Source: Phoronis australis
Lineage: Eukaryota; Animalia; Phoronida
NCBI GenBank assembly: GCA_002633005.1
Contig: NMRA01000418.1
Location: 340,878-404,877 of the forward strand
Length of the DNA stretch: 64,000 bases
Direction of reading: 5' to 3'
Made by a program: the position numbers and the translations under genes. A model generated the notes under the pieces. It did not search any database and was not told where the DNA came from. It was given only the letters and a program-made list of their open reading frames with translations. Of the stretch, positions 12,928-27,900 are shown one piece after another. How positions within the stretch are numbered: position 1 is the first letter of the stretch; each line of letters opens with the position of its first letter.

Positions 12928-15900
12928 CTGCAAAAAGAGGTCAATCACAAGTACATTTATTGATAAGGTCGTCAATAAGATAGCTGGAATCAAAACAACG
13001 TAAACCTCGAAATATAATCAATAATCTGAAAGTGACCTTAAATTTGCAGTGAACTCCAGTAAACTAGAATGAACATAGGATTGTCATTAGTGAAAACATT
13101 TTTGGCATAGGCCAGTGATTGAGCAAGCTTAGAAGGTTCGGAAGAGGTAAGGGACTGAAAACGAACTTACAACATGTTGTAAGGACACTTCAAGTTTGAA
13201 ACAAGACCAAACCAGGATGACAGGGACGAAAGGTTTTGCCAGATTACGTGTCAGGCTGGCCGCTCAGCGATTGACATATTGATACTGAGGTTAACTGTAT
13301 CAGTATACAATGTGTAGTCAGTGCCAGCATGGGGCTGTTCAAGATAAAAACATGATTTAATACCATGACCTCCTTACCTGGAGCGTAGATAAAATATGAT
13401 TAATATAGTGAACGCCGTGGCGGATATAGCATACTGCAAAGGAAAAAGGGCTCTCCCAAATTTTCCTATGGGTTGCCAACAATACTACCGATGGCGAAGT
13501 GAAAAATTGATAGACTCGATGGTAACTTCCAGGACCTGTTTTTTGAAAGTAAAACCAATTTTTACTCATTCTTTGAATTGTACACAAATGTCTGACTTCT
13601 AATGCGCCCAGAAAAACACTGGCACTCTATGGTATTGGGGCAAACGTTTTAATGGAGATAAAAACAAAATTGATCTACAGTATCTACCTGTCTTCTTGTT
13701 TGATCTTCATAAATGAGGAAGTCATGAAATGAATGACGGAGAAGTTACTTTGAGCAGATTGTATTTGATGCATTTGTTCCTATGTCTATTAAAATTTAGC
13801 TTTGGACATATCAAGTTAATTAAAGTTAGCAGCATCCCAGAAATATTATTTTATAGAATTAATAGACAAGTTTCTATTCTGAGTTTTCTGTAGTCAATGG
13901 AAATGAATGATTTGTGGAAATTGAAAGGTCACGATTGCATATATTTTAAATTGTTCAATGATGTAATTAATACATTTCAAAAGTATATTCTGGAAATGTA
14001 CTAAGATTAGGGAAATTGAAAGTTAATATGAGTTGTTGTGACCGCGGAGATACATCTCTTTCAAAGCATTATGCATAGTTGAACCAGTATACTCTGAAGT
14101 ATATCTAATCAGAAGGTTTTTCATTGATGCGTCAGCTTTTTGATTCCCCTATAATATTTTCATAGCATAAACTGGACACGAAGCCAAATGTACTCCCTAA
14201 TGATAATTACACATGTCCATGAAAAAATTATCTTCAGAATTAGTAATCACCTTCGGTAGGTCACCACTAATGTCGACCACAGTCAATAACCGTTTAATAG
14301 TAACCGAGGCTGGTTTTCAGACTTTTAAATCACAACATGTTTTGTTGATAGGCACAATATCTAAGTATTCATTTATTTTAATGAGGTGTACCTGATGCAA
14401 ATCAAAAGTTGAACTTGTCAAAATTAATGCTTCAAAGAGTGAAGGATTTTTAGAAAAATATAAAATTTTAATAGAAACGTTATCATAGTTCTACATGTAT
14501 TTCATGTTACACTTCGTCTTCAGATTTCACAACATACAGGAAATGCCTGACCCAGGAATATAATTAATCTGGTAAAACAACAAGCTAATATCGTGAAATG
14601 AAGTCGATGCCTATTCAAAAGAATATGGTAATCACTGAAGAAAAGATTTTAAATAAATGTTGACGATGAATACATGTTAGAAGCTAACAATACATCAAAC
14701 CCACGCTAAATTAACATTGACTACCGTTTAGGAGGAAAATATTTTTAAGTTCATAATTGCAAAAAATGTTATTTAAAGATCACGTATCTTCGTATCTGCG
14801 TCGAGAGAGGTACTATGTCAGGAAAAAGAAGAGTAAGTTATAAAACAACAAAGTAAGAATTCTCAAAATTGAATAATAACCAAAATTAAAATGTTTGTGT
14901 TCATTAATACAGTTATGGTCTTCGACGGATTTGACAAGTCCAGCAGTTTAAGAGAACACGTTTTGAACAAAATGCGACACATTATCTGGCTACTATTAAG
15001 CTCAGCCTAATCAGTGAACAAAGTTGAACTAAAGAAAATATACCGACATACCTCCAGCTTTTACAGTTGATTTAATTGTACCTGCAAATCATAAGTTAGA
15101 GTAGATGGAAAACCAAGTGGCGTAAAGTTACTGTGAATAAATTGAAATAAAAATGAAAACTTATTCTAGTGTGTCCAGTGTTGATAGAATGACTACACTT
15201 GGTAATGTTGACATATTTCTTGTTTTCAGAACGTCTATGACACAAAATGTAAGACTTCACGCTACGGTAAACCTCACGGCAATCGTTACTGACCGCACTT
15301 ACATGTAAGGGTTACAATTGGTCAAGGTTCTTAAGTATGACAATCATTGTGTCAACCTTAATCAGAGACAATATTCACATACAAGCCCTCAATGCTGAGA
15401 TGTCACTCAATAGGAACCTATGAGCAAACATCCTGGAGATGTTGCAGAGATTTTAGTTGATAGATCTTGTGCCATGCATTGAGGGACGAGCTGAAAATTC
15501 TGTTATGGTAGTATGTTTTCTGTGTACTTTACCTGAGGACGATTTTTGACTAATATGCAAACATAGTTTTCATGCTACATTCTGGTGTACCTATAGTTTT
15601 CCATTTCTTACTTCTAATTTAACATATGGCTTCCCCCTATTGAGTTATATCGTCCATGAACAGATTAAACTTTAAATAAGAAAAATATTGACATACCTAC
15701 ACCTTCTCCATTTTCAGTTGGCTTAATGGTATCTGTAAACCATCAACTAGTTTGACAAGAATACGTTACTCGTTAAATTTAAGTTTGCATACACATATAT
15801 ACCCTTAAGTTTCAAAAAAGTTGCTGTGAGTAAATAGAATGAATCAAAATATCTAATATCAATCTAAATAATGCATAGAGTGTTGACTTAATGAGTAAAC

Positions 15901-18900
15901 AAGGAACTGTTGACATCTTTCCAGTGTTCAGCCAGTCTATGAGTCAAAATGTAAGTGGTCATGCCAAGGTACACTGTACAACTCAGGACAATCGTTACAT
16001 TTCATCCCACATAACCTTATCAAAAGATTCTTGAGATCAACCTTTTTCTCCATGACAACAAAGACATGTCAAATGTTTAATCTGTGAGACAACACACAAC
16101 TGAGTGAGTTGTGTTACATATGATGTCTCATGCACTGTGATGAGATGTGAGTATTATGTTAGGATATTTGGTTTTATTTCTACTATTGTACCTGAGGAGG
16201 ATTATTGATTAATGTCCAAATGCCGTATTTATGATGCACTTTAAAGTCCTTTTTGTTTTTCCAGGATTTCTTACTTCTCATTTTGCAAAAACCTAATATT
16301 ATTCTCGTGAAAGCGACATATGGTCTGGCTACTATTAAGATCTCTCTTCAGTGAACAAAGTTAAAATTGAGTTCAAAAATATATCTTTCTTACCTACAGC
16401 TTTTCCAGTTTCTGTTGGCATAACGGTTTCTGTAAATCATATTTTAGTGTTACAAGAAATATTCCTACATATCCACAAGTCCAAGTTCAGGCTCAAGAAA
16501 AAATTAAACCCGGGTGGCGATATTTTTGAGTGTGTGTATTTTTAAGTCACAAAAATAACATGGATGGATGTCTGCCTTTTCAATTTATGTTCAATTCCAC
16601 ACTGTGGCACGATGCATAAGCTGAAACATTTTCTGAGCAACTTTCATATTTTAGGAAATTTGAACTCAGACGTTTCCAGACAAGCTGCTGTTACTATACC
16701 CCTCAAACACAGGTTTTCATGGACGTCCCTCACAGCTCCTCAGTATCGCACTGGTAAAGACAACGGCGGAGACAGTCTTCTTCCCATTACGTATAACTCC
16801 GATAACAGATTTGTAATTTTGGCCTCTTACATACACTTAGCAACAGGTATAATAAAATTAATTAAATCTGTGAAAATGTATTGATTAAATTCTACATGAG
16901 ACACAGGCCCATAGTAGGAGCTCTTCAAAACCATTCAAGTAAGGAAATGAAGTTGCTCTCACAATTTGAACCAGAAAATCAAACCTCAAACATAACATTG
17001 GAGTGTCATTGAAATGTATTGGATTTCATAACTAAAGAATTTTCAGTGTACACACGCTTATAAATGCATTAGAGTAAAACCATGAAAAGACAGTTCCCAT
17101 ACACGGAAAGGCAATGGTGTTTCGGAGTGAGGGCCCTTCAGCGCATACATGTAAGACTGCAGAGGAACAGTTCTGTTTTCTTTTGCCCTTTCCTTGTACC
17201 ATTTTCGAAACACTTGGGAAAATGTTTTCAAAATGTCAAAATAGTTTGATACGTAAAAGATAGGCGGACCCAGCGTATTGTCTACTAAGGTTAAGTTAAT
17301 TTTGAATGGGACAAAATGTTTTGACATACCTCCATCCTCTCCATTTTCAGTAAGTTTGGTAGTGTCTGTAAATTATATCAAAGTTTATGATACTAAGTAT
17401 TCATCTCTACATGTATATGCAACAGTTTGTGCACGATGACAAATAAAGATGCAAGATGCGAAATGATACTTTGCGTGCGCGGTTGTGAGACATGGGGATG
17501 TACAGTACGCTATTTCTTATAGGCAATTGCGACAACTGCACTTTATTGAAACAAATGAGGTTGAAAGTTGGCAATCCAAAAATTTTTGGATTGACAACAA
17601 AACATTAGTTTATTCTTCAGGAGTTACAGCGGAAAGGAATCGTACATGTAGATCTAAAGTATTCCCACGAATTTTAACTGCCCGGACAACATGTATGACG
17701 GGGCTTCAGCACCAAAGAGTGTATTATGAAAGTACGCCATTGCAGCAAGTCCATACATGACTGAGCATCAAAACCTTCAAACAAATTACTATCTCACAAA
17801 ACTTGTGAAACTTGTTCATGAAGAATTAAGTTCTACTCAGAACAACACGGTGACGTTCTATGAGTTTTGCTACTTTCCAAATGATGGTGCACATGACAAT
17901 TGTCACTGGTAGAGAGCGATGCCTGAAAACTAGCTTGGCGGCAAAAATAGTGTGGATTATGAACGAAGAAGAAATTCACCAGTCTGATGAAGAACTACAT
18001 ATAGAGGTTGTCTATATCGTATGCAACCAAGCACAACGCGAGGTTTACAGCAAACTTGTGAATACATCAACATGAACACACCATACAATATTTCATATGT
18101 AACGGACACGTTCCTAAATGAAGGTCAGATGTATTCTCCTCAACTGAAACACATACAACCTAAAACCAACATATCAATAAAAGCATCTGGAGCAATTATT
18201 TGTATGCAAAATCTGGACTGAAGAATTCACCAAGCTCGTCTAAGTTATTCATCATTTACGTCCTCCAACTACACATGGACAACTGTAGCCCTGATGGTGA
18301 CATGATTCAGTGGACAGTGTGTGTATACCACCACACACAGTGTGAGACGCATTACACATGTAGAAATGTCAAGTTCAGTGATAGTGCTAAAGACGGCCCC
18401 AGTAATAACACTACTTCCGTTGCGTGCCGGTACCACATGTACTGTACTCGTGAGGTTCGGAAATGGGTGGGAATGACGTGGCATCTCCACAAGTCAAACT
18501 GACTTGATCATTGATGTAGCAGTCAAATGTTGAAATGTACCGAGTGGTGAACGTCTTCCATACTTAAATGTAATTAGCATCGGGTACAGGCACTGGTGCT
18601 AGTTAATGAAAAAGTCAAGGAGTATAATATATCCTCAATAAATAGCAGGAAGCACCTACTAAATATACTTGGCTCCAATTATGAAACAAAAATTGCTTGG
18701 AACCATAACTGCGATGTTTTGACATGCTGGAAGTTACCGCAGCTCCCCCTAGTAGAACAGCTCATCTGTATGTAATCTATAAAAAGTTTATTGAAGTAAC
18801 AACCACCTGTAGTGATCAATGTGCTGTGATTTTTGATTCAAGAGTGAATGCATTAAAGTAATTAATTCATTAACTTAATAACTGATTCTTTCGCCAATTC

Positions 18901-21900
18901 AGTTTCAGATTTGGTGGAAAAAACATTTGCCAATAAGAAAGAAAGAAAAATCACGGAATCGTGGGATCTTAATTCTGCATGAATCTTGATTCGGCATGAA
19001 CCATAGTGAAAAATGCACATCCCAAGGCAGGGAGGGACAATTTAGCCACGTTTTGACAAAACGCTACACGTTCTAGTGAGAATGAAGCATTGTTATGTAC
19101 GAAACCAATTTTGATAAAATACACACTGCTATGCAGAACTGTCAATGTGTAGTCTTTACACGGCAACCTTTGACTGAATAACATTAATTGACCGACCATG
19201 CTCTTTCTTTTGCACTTTTTGCACTGAATGTGATATAGTTTAAAGCATGTCACATTTGTAGTGTGATTTCACAGCGCAGATATCCATGTTCGAAAGGTCT
19301 GAAGTTTTGTTACAAATCATGCACAGCACTCTTTAACTTGTCCGTTTTACCTCACCTTAATCCAACTTTAGACCTCTTATCTCTTAAACATTGACTATTG
19401 AAATTACATTTCCGCATTGTCACACTTTTAATCCACGATATCACTTGTAAACAATTGCATCGCGTCGCCGCGCTGGCGGAAGATATTGATGATATAAAGG
19501 GACAGCATTTCCAACAGTTAAAAGTTACTCTAACTACGTACTTCAGCTAACAACATTTAAACATACTTAGTGATCTGTGACAAGTCACCATGTGTTTCGT
19601 GTGATTTCAACACATCCGCATATTTTAACTTTTGGAAATATAATTTTCAAAAAATACATTTTAAAATGAATAATACTGGCATCAATTACATGACACTTAA
19701 AAGGATTATAATCATTTTTTCCAATTTTTAAAGAATCATGTTTTAAAGGCTAACTCGGACTTTTTTGTTTTCCCGGTGTTTTTACCCAGTACTATGGACA
19801 TAGCAACTCTTTATTTCCACAAAAATGACAGCAACACTCAAATATGCACAACTCATGAAATTTGGTATGATTCTTGGTATTTTTTGTTCTTCAGGAAATC
19901 AAATAGGTGTCCCATTTAATAACTGAAAGGCGCACATTGTGAAATCAACACAGAGCCCGCTTGATAATTTTACACGTCTGACATGCTCTGAGATTGCGGA
20001 GTATTGGAACAGCGTGTAAAGCATGTTTTACGTGTAAAACGGGGCATGTCAAACATGTAAAATGTGGCGTGTCGAACGTGTAAAACATAGGTTGTCAAAC
20101 GCGTAAACATGTGTAAAAGTGGCGTGAAGAACGTGGCAGAAAACGAGTCAAACGTGGCATACATGTACATGTATATAACGTGGCAAAACCTGTAATTTTC
20201 GTTCCAATACCCCACGGTTGACACGCTAGCGTGTACTACATGTACGTGGCACTTTGCTACGCTAGCATGTAATACGTGGTGCTTTCGCCACACTGGCGTG
20301 TCAAATGTGGCACTTATAATACATGTGTGGTTATAAATTTATTATATAAGTCTAGATGAATGCATTTTATAATTTTTCGAACATGACCAAAGAATGATCA
20401 TTCAGTTACGATTATTTAACTTTTCAAATGAAAAAAAAATGTTAAAAATCTAAACCTTCACATCAAAAATTTAGACCAACAACTCTCACGCACCATCTGC
20501 ACCTTGGTACAAGATATCAACATATGCAAAAGCCTTCTCAATGAAATATTACGTTGATTTTTAGAAAGATGGTCTTCTAATTGACCTAGGAAGTGCGATC
20601 TCGATCAACATAATTGGGCAGTGCTCGTCTGCCAGATGTCCCGCGATCAGCCTGGTGCAACATATGAACAAACAAAATCTGAAGTATCCTTTCTGAAATA
20701 TTATGCCACAAGCGTTAAGGTATATTACACATGTATGCTCGTGAAACCATGTTCCACTAAAATTCAACAAAGTACGGTCAAATCGACAAATGCTGTGATA
20801 CAGCACTTGGTAAAACTAATTTTTGAAACTTTATTGGAAATGTAGTAAGGAATGTAGAGTTGTGCAAGGAAGAGTGTGGACAAAATAACACCCAAACTTA
20901 TTACCGAAAACGTTTAGGTTTACAGCCTCGGTGCTTAAATTGGTGAAACTGTAAAGATAGAGAGTTGATGCTTAACTTGAGATGGGCGTTTAACTGGAGA
21001 TAGATACTTAAATCAGAATTATAAGAAATTGAGTTTGAGTGCTAGTCCTAACAACTCGGGCAAAAATAGTTTATATTAGTAAGCTGGAATCATTGCACAT
21101 GTACTTTAAAACTAACACAGCTTCTAAAGTTATATGGCATCTTAAATTTTTCACCAAAGGGCCTTGACTATGCTAGCCCATTCAGGTCCCTTAGTCCTCA
21201 AAACTGGTGCTGAATACAGGCCCCAATCCCCTCTAATGCAAAATTCCCCTCATCAGGTAAAAAGTCAAAACTGAAAGATAAAAAACTCACCCATGATTTT
21301 AACCTCAAACAAACCCAAGAATTTCGTATTCAAAATTGCACAGAAACAAGTTCTTCAAGAGAATTGTTGAAAGGAATGCGGGGGAGAATAGAAACATAAA
21401 GTGTGTTTTTAGTGATGAACTTGCTACGCACTTCTCTGCAACAGTCTCAAACAGACCTTTCAACAGCTAGCTCATGAGGATTATTGACTGTGGTCAACAA
21501 CACTGTCAGAACAACAGTTGAGCATTGCTCTTCTTGACTAAATTCTAAGGTGGAATATTAGGAATGAATGCTAAATTTGAGGATTGGGTAACTAACTATA
21601 TTAACTGTTTTTAGAGATTACATCATTCTATAGCTCCTCTCTTCAATATTATGCCAGCAAACTGTGTTCTGTTGTAAACGATTGTTGTTATTTAGATGTG
21701 TTGACATATTTGGTGGCTAGATTTGAAAGTTATTTCTGGGCGGATGCCGAATTCCTCGTCAGGCCATTCTATTTTCATGAAACAAAACGAAGAATAAGTA
21801 ACAAGAAACTTGATAAGGCGTCTAAGCCATACCGTACTTAGACTTTTGTCGCCCTAATAGTTCTTAGTTTGATTACTTTTGTCTTTTGATGTATATCACG

Positions 21901-24900
21901 GTCACTTGTTCACAAGGATTAATAGGGAGCAACTGTTAAAAGAAAATGCCACCCAAAAAAACCTATTTTGTATCAACTTAGTTCGAGTAGTTCCACTTCA
22001 CAACAGCAAGTTTAGTTCTTTACCTGACACTTGACGGGAGACTGAGGGGTTGAAATTAACCAATGAAGGCACTCGGTTCATCAATTGACCTTTCTCAAGC
22101 TCTGCTTCCTTGCGAAATGTGGACAAACAAACAATAAGTTTTACCCGGCAATGTGTTGTTTGTCGGATAAAATGGCGGCTTGGAAAGGAAGGTATATCAA
22201 GAATACTGCGTTCTGGTTGGTATCTTAAGCCGTCACTCAAAACTCTTGTGATAGGTCAATTCACAGCACGCTTGCTGGTGCCAGCTTATCGTTTGAATTT
22301 CTCGTTGTACATCAATAAATCATCAAAACTTTATGTAAACTCCGTACAAATGCACAGAATTCTTAAACAGGGGTGTTATTTTATTTCCCTGTTACGAATT
22401 TATAGGTTTCTGAACGTACCGCAGCCTACAAAGTTCGGTAGGCTACTTTACAAAGGTTAATCTCCAAAATTTGGGGACTTTTCGGTGATTAATTCGAATT
22501 ATTCTCACGCAAAATACAGACAGGAGAACATTGCTGTTCGTTGTAATTTTAGACTTGCCATTTTTTCAGTTCTAGTCTCAAAACATTATTTATTTGGAAA
22601 CTAAACTTCCAGTTATGAAAAGATAGTACTAGTGAGCAAAAATAATGTGCACTTGACTATTTTGATGAATTACCACGAGACTGAAAATCCACTTTCTCGT
22701 CGAGGACCGCAGTCAGGTTCCCCTTACGGCGGAAACTTTGAATATGTTCATCACTTGGTTGGGCCAATCCGCCGTGGGATCGCTGCGACACTGTCATGAC
22801 CCCAATGGCACCGTACAAGGACCGCAGTAGCACCTCCATCACCGCCGTGAAATCGCCGAATACGTGGACTGGCAACCCAACGGCGATCCCGTGTTGGTTC
22901 TAATGTGGATGTGGTATTGCTACCACAGGAGTGCTGCGGGTATGGGGGTACCACTGCGGAGCCAGGGAGGAATTTTAGAAAACTTGGCGATCTTAATGCA
23001 GTACTACTGTGCTCCTACGGCGGTGACAGCGGTGTTTGTACGGCTATAGCGTTCCCAATGAGTTTGCACTGAAGTTCATGCAAGGTGCTAATGCGGGCCA
23101 CTATTGTAGTGTAAAAGTTTCGGTTTTCTGCTTAAACTTCAGTGTTCTTAAAAGCTGTACTTCAAATCACACGCATGACACAAATCAAACAGTGAACATT
23201 AAAGTCCTTATCTCAAAGGGCATTCTAGTTCAAAAACTTGAAAATAGACACCAAAGTTAGTAATATGTAAAATGACACCGTGTTCACATCCTTTCTGTTA
23301 TCAAACTAAAAGCCTGTTCAGCATTATTTTTTTCCTCGGCCGAGATCGGAAAATCATCGACTATTCCCGTCTATTGTGTCAGTTCAGGAACGATTCCTGA
23401 TGGCCAGCCATGTTGCCCTTGAAAACATATTGACATCAGCGTGAGCGTAAAGGCGTTGTTACTTTGTTTGCTTGTCCCAATTCGTCGACCTCCAGTAAAA
23501 ATGTGCAGAAAATTCATGCAATGCTTATGAATGACAGACAAATGACTGTTCAACATGTGGCAAATACTAGCTGTTCGCATCAGCAATGGATCCGTCTCTA
23601 AAATTTTGAGCGAACATTTGGGCATGTGCAGCTAAGTGCACGATGGCTGCCAAGAATGCAAATTTCAAAGGAATTTAGAGGAAGATTCGAAGCAGATCCA
23701 GCCAAATATTCCAGAAAACTTGTAACCCAGCATGAGACATGGCTTGACCACTTTGAGCCAGGCTGAAAACAACAGAGTAAACAATGGAAGCACGTGGGTT
23801 CCTTAACCCCAAGAAAGTTCAAGTTGGGTGCCTTTGCGAGCAAAATTATGGCCCGTGTGTTCTGGGACAGCAAACAAGGTATTCTGATGATCGACTGCTT
23901 AAAACGCTGACACACTGTTACTGGGGATTACTTTTGGAAAAACACAAAACTGCAATTAAAGAAAAGAGACGCTAGAAGTTTCGAGAGTTTGGAGAGTTTG
24001 CTTCAAGACAACGCACCTGCCGATACTGACAAGTTGCGGTGGCTTAAGCAAATAGATGTAGCTTTGAAATCCATCCGCACCCTGCCTATTCTCCAGACCT
24101 GATTTCTGTCTGTTTCTTTATTTGAAAGTCTACCTGCGTGGACGCCAGTATATGAGTGTTGATGACGTCATGAGAGCAGTGGAGGAGTATTTTTAGAGGC
24201 TCGACAAAAGTTCCATTTACGAAGGCATTGCAGAGATGAAAGAAATGAATAGATGCAAGGGGAGATTATATTGAAAAATAAAAGCCAAAATTAGTTGCTA
24301 TGGCGTTGTGTTCTGGGAAAGACCGAGAACGTATTGAACGACCCTCTTATGTATACGGCATTTATGATTTGAACCATTTATTCCGATAAAACAGCCGGGG
24401 ACGGCATGCCTTCATCTTCTGTCAGTACGAGTGGTCTCGATCGGTCTGCACCGGGTCATCGGCTGCAGTTCCGAGTCAGGCTAAACAACTTCAAACAAAA
24501 TTTCCGTTGCCCCAGTTTGTCAACATTTTCAGTACAATGTGTCCCTATATTGGTTTTATTTGAGTTAAGGTCTGCTGTTGATTATTTTATATTCGTTTAC
24601 AGGCTAGTAACAGACACTGCTCTAGTCACACAGCCGACGTATTTAAGCCTGGGTTCCTGAATGAATTGTACTTCCGGGTTCGCGGTTAGTTCAAAATGGC
24701 GGTGTGAACTTCGGGTCTGAATCGTGACTGACGCGTTTATTTAAACTTTGTTCGACTACAGATTGTGTATTGGTTATGGGATAGGTACTGCGTGGAGTTA
24801 TGAAGTCTTCTAACCATTCAACAAGGGTTAAAAACGTGTGCTACTAGGACGTTAACCACAGTTCAGGTTCATAGCAGAGTGCAGGCATATACCACAGTGC

Positions 24901-27900
24901 CAATGTGGTTATACAACCCTTGTACAGTCTATGAGTCCTCTTGCTCCACACGGTTCAATAACTCCGAGAACAAAGATTACCCCCAGGAACCGTGATAATA
25001 AGCTCTGCCAGTTGTTTGCCGTGGGCACCGTTGTAGTGGCCGGTGACTGTGGTCGTTCCTGGGTGCATTGCTTTCTGGATCCTGGAGCTTTTTGAGTTCC
25101 TGACGGAGGTCGCTTTGGCTGCGGACTGTGGCCAATTCTGGGGGGTGGCTTCCATAGAGAGTCACACTGGGACTGCAGCTGGAACTGCTGGTGGGACTGC
25201 TACTGAGCCTGCTGCTAGGGTTCCTCTGGCACGATCATCCAAATCCAAGTAGCGTGCATGTAGAGCAGAGTTCCCTGCTTGGAACTGGCGCCACAGCGTC
25301 TAATGGAGCTCCATAATCACAGATTTGACAGTCACCGTAGGCCTCCCTCTCGTTCGCTAGCTTGATCAGGTTGATCAACTTCTGTTGGAACTCCATTGAC
25401 TGACGCCGTCTCTCCTCCAGAGTAGGTAACAGTTTATCCTCAACAGCCTGGGCCATGGCAGTCGAGAACTTAGGCCCCGCTGACAACAGAAGCATCATAT
25501 CGGTGATAGCCACGACCTTAAAAGAGTTGCAATTGGAAGATCAGGGTCAATAGCTGGATCATCAGAGCCCACAGCTGGGCCATCAGAGCCTATCGTTGGA
25601 CCATCCGTCATGCCCCCTGCAACTTCGCTCTCCAAGTCTATGTACCGCGTGCTAATAGAACGATACCATACCAGCAGGAATGCTACTGGCTTATCAAGGC
25701 TGGCTGCCTGCTCAGCCCCCGCCTTCTTCATCTTATCTTTATAAGTATTGGGGTTCGACCTTGTTATAAATCTCAGGATGGTTACCTAGCTAGACCACCA
25801 TGGCCTATTCCTCCTCCTCCTCATTCAGATCAGTACGGACTTTTTTGTTGTTTGGTGGCTGCATAGATTATAGACAACTGATTCGCAACTCCGACATTTT
25901 CATCTGTGCTAACCATAAGGAGCTGCCCCTCTCGTAAATTATCTGGTGCAGTTTACGGTTAGTGTATTGTGACGGGAAATTATCGAATCTACTTTACTGT
26001 CCAGTCCAACCAAAAATATAATAAATTCGGCATTGAAAGGCTCTCAAAAGTCTTCCAATGGTAGAACTGTTGGTATTGTGAGTACTTTTGGCAATGTTAC
26101 TGGTCATTAATTGCAAAATTTAAACTTCGGTGCTTGCAAAATCCACAAGTAATCCTGAACCGTAGGGAAAAAAGACATACATGTACAACACAACGAATCA
26201 AATTTTGAAAATCATCGCCTTTGTACGATTCCTTGTTGTTGTCGCAAGACTGATGTTCCTCCCCAACAACCATGTCCATAACAGACGTTGCAAGTGATGG
26301 AAAATTGTGTTCTAAACTTTACTCTTAAAATTAGCATGGTAACACCAAGTATTGAAGGCATATTAAAATTCTTTCCTTGCGATTCATTGGTGGGCCCGTG
26401 AACGCGGTCTCGGGGGTCAGGCACCATATCACAGACACACAACCAACACTTTAAGGGAGAGTTATAATTGCACATTTTCTCTGAGGAGAGTTCAATTTTC
26501 AATGCTTTGGACCTTAATTGCTAGCGGCGGCGTTCTTCCCTTGTTAGCCGGTTAGCCACGTCAGCCATTACGCCAGTCAACATTTTTGAGCCCCACTTGC
26601 TTGATTCCTGGTCAACCCTTGTAGGCTTGCCCTTTCGCTTGCTAATTAGTTTTCATATAGAACCCATTGCTGTGTAGGGTTACGCTGATATCAAAACTTT
26701 GAAATTGTATCTTTGTGTTTTTTTGTACAAAGTTAATTGCCACTTGGTACGTGAGTTAAAAAACTCTAGATGTACAGGCATTCAGAGTTCATCAGCAAAC
26801 GTGACGAGACGTCTGCTTCGAAATCGGCAAATATATTCGGGAATACTATTCAAGTATTTAGGATATATCGATGACTAAACTATGAAGTGAAGTGTACCTG
26901 ACTGGGAAGCAAACTGTTTTTTAACTTTCATCCCCGTCTCGTCTTTGGGAAACCCTACAAACCGTTGGCACACCCTTTTCAATCGGGGCAGCACAAACTT
27001 GCCACACGGCTTTCCCCACAGCACCTTTTTGCACTTATAATGACTAGCTCGGACTAGGGATTACAATGCGCTTATTGCCAGGAATCGTAGAGTAAGAAGG
27101 ATTTTATAAATTGACAGGCAATGAACTGCAGTGATACGGCAGGTTAATGATAAGAACTAGGAAGATTTAAAATCATTTATGATAATTGTTGTCTTTGAAC
27201 TGACTTGCAGTGTATCTCAGTGATCTTTTGATGTTTTCATCTCTCGCTCGAATTTATTTTGGAGTACGATTTAAAGCACACTGCCAAACTAACTTGAAAT
27301 TTGGAGCATATACTCGGAATTTTTACTAAGAAGCGTACTCGAAATATAGATGAGATACACTTCACTTTAAGTATACTTGGACAGTGAGTACTTGCTCGAA
27401 ATTTCGAGTACAGATTGTTGGAGTATGACATTGAATACACCAAAGCTGAGTCTGTACTCGAGTGTGAGTTTGAATGTGAGTGGAGTCTGAGTACAGAGAT
27501 TGGAGACCGGGCCCCGGTTTCGACATGGGATTTCTTTAGAGTCAAAACTGCCAATCCGGTAATGTTCTGTGAGTCAAAGGGTGCAAATTATGGTGTTACA
27601 TAGAGTGAAGAACTTTTACCTCAAATGGAAAGGAAAATAAAGCAAAAACCTCAGGAATGCACTTATACAACACGATGAAAATACGCTGTGAACGAAAACG
27701 CACAACCTTGCACTGCAAAGGGTGCATCTTAGAGATTACAATACAATCATTTCTTTAACACGACCAGACTTGACTTCCATCTCCTGTCAGTATCGTCTTG
27801 TTACTGACTTCCTACTAAATGCATATTGTCACCTAAAACTTAGGTGAATCGCTTAATACGTAGTAACTTACCGGTTACTTCAATGGCCCCGGTTTCAGCT

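Larger units (their letters stand above)
14960..16450. repeat. Diverged tandem intron+micro-exon units (~650-700 bp period)
   Basis: Homologous flanks such as tctggctactattaag...cagtgaacaaagtt (about 14985 and 16324, weaker near 15625) and tacctgagga (about 15530 and 16189) sit at matching offsets from each micro-exon. Confidence 0.7.

Noticed and set aside
13749-13785. Possible extra exon DIGTNASNTICS
   Set aside because: Weak donor (AAA|GTAACT), and its 37-nt length breaks the phase-1 pattern.
18738-18765. Possible fifth stalk micro-exon
   Set aside because: It is 28 nt, has an in-frame TAG in phase 1, a weak donor and no homology to the other four.
22690-23110. GC-rich, loosely palindromic block as a structured ncRNA
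   Set aside because: No tRNA, rRNA or snRNA hallmarks are visible. It is more likely a decayed MITE, and its termini cannot be defined.
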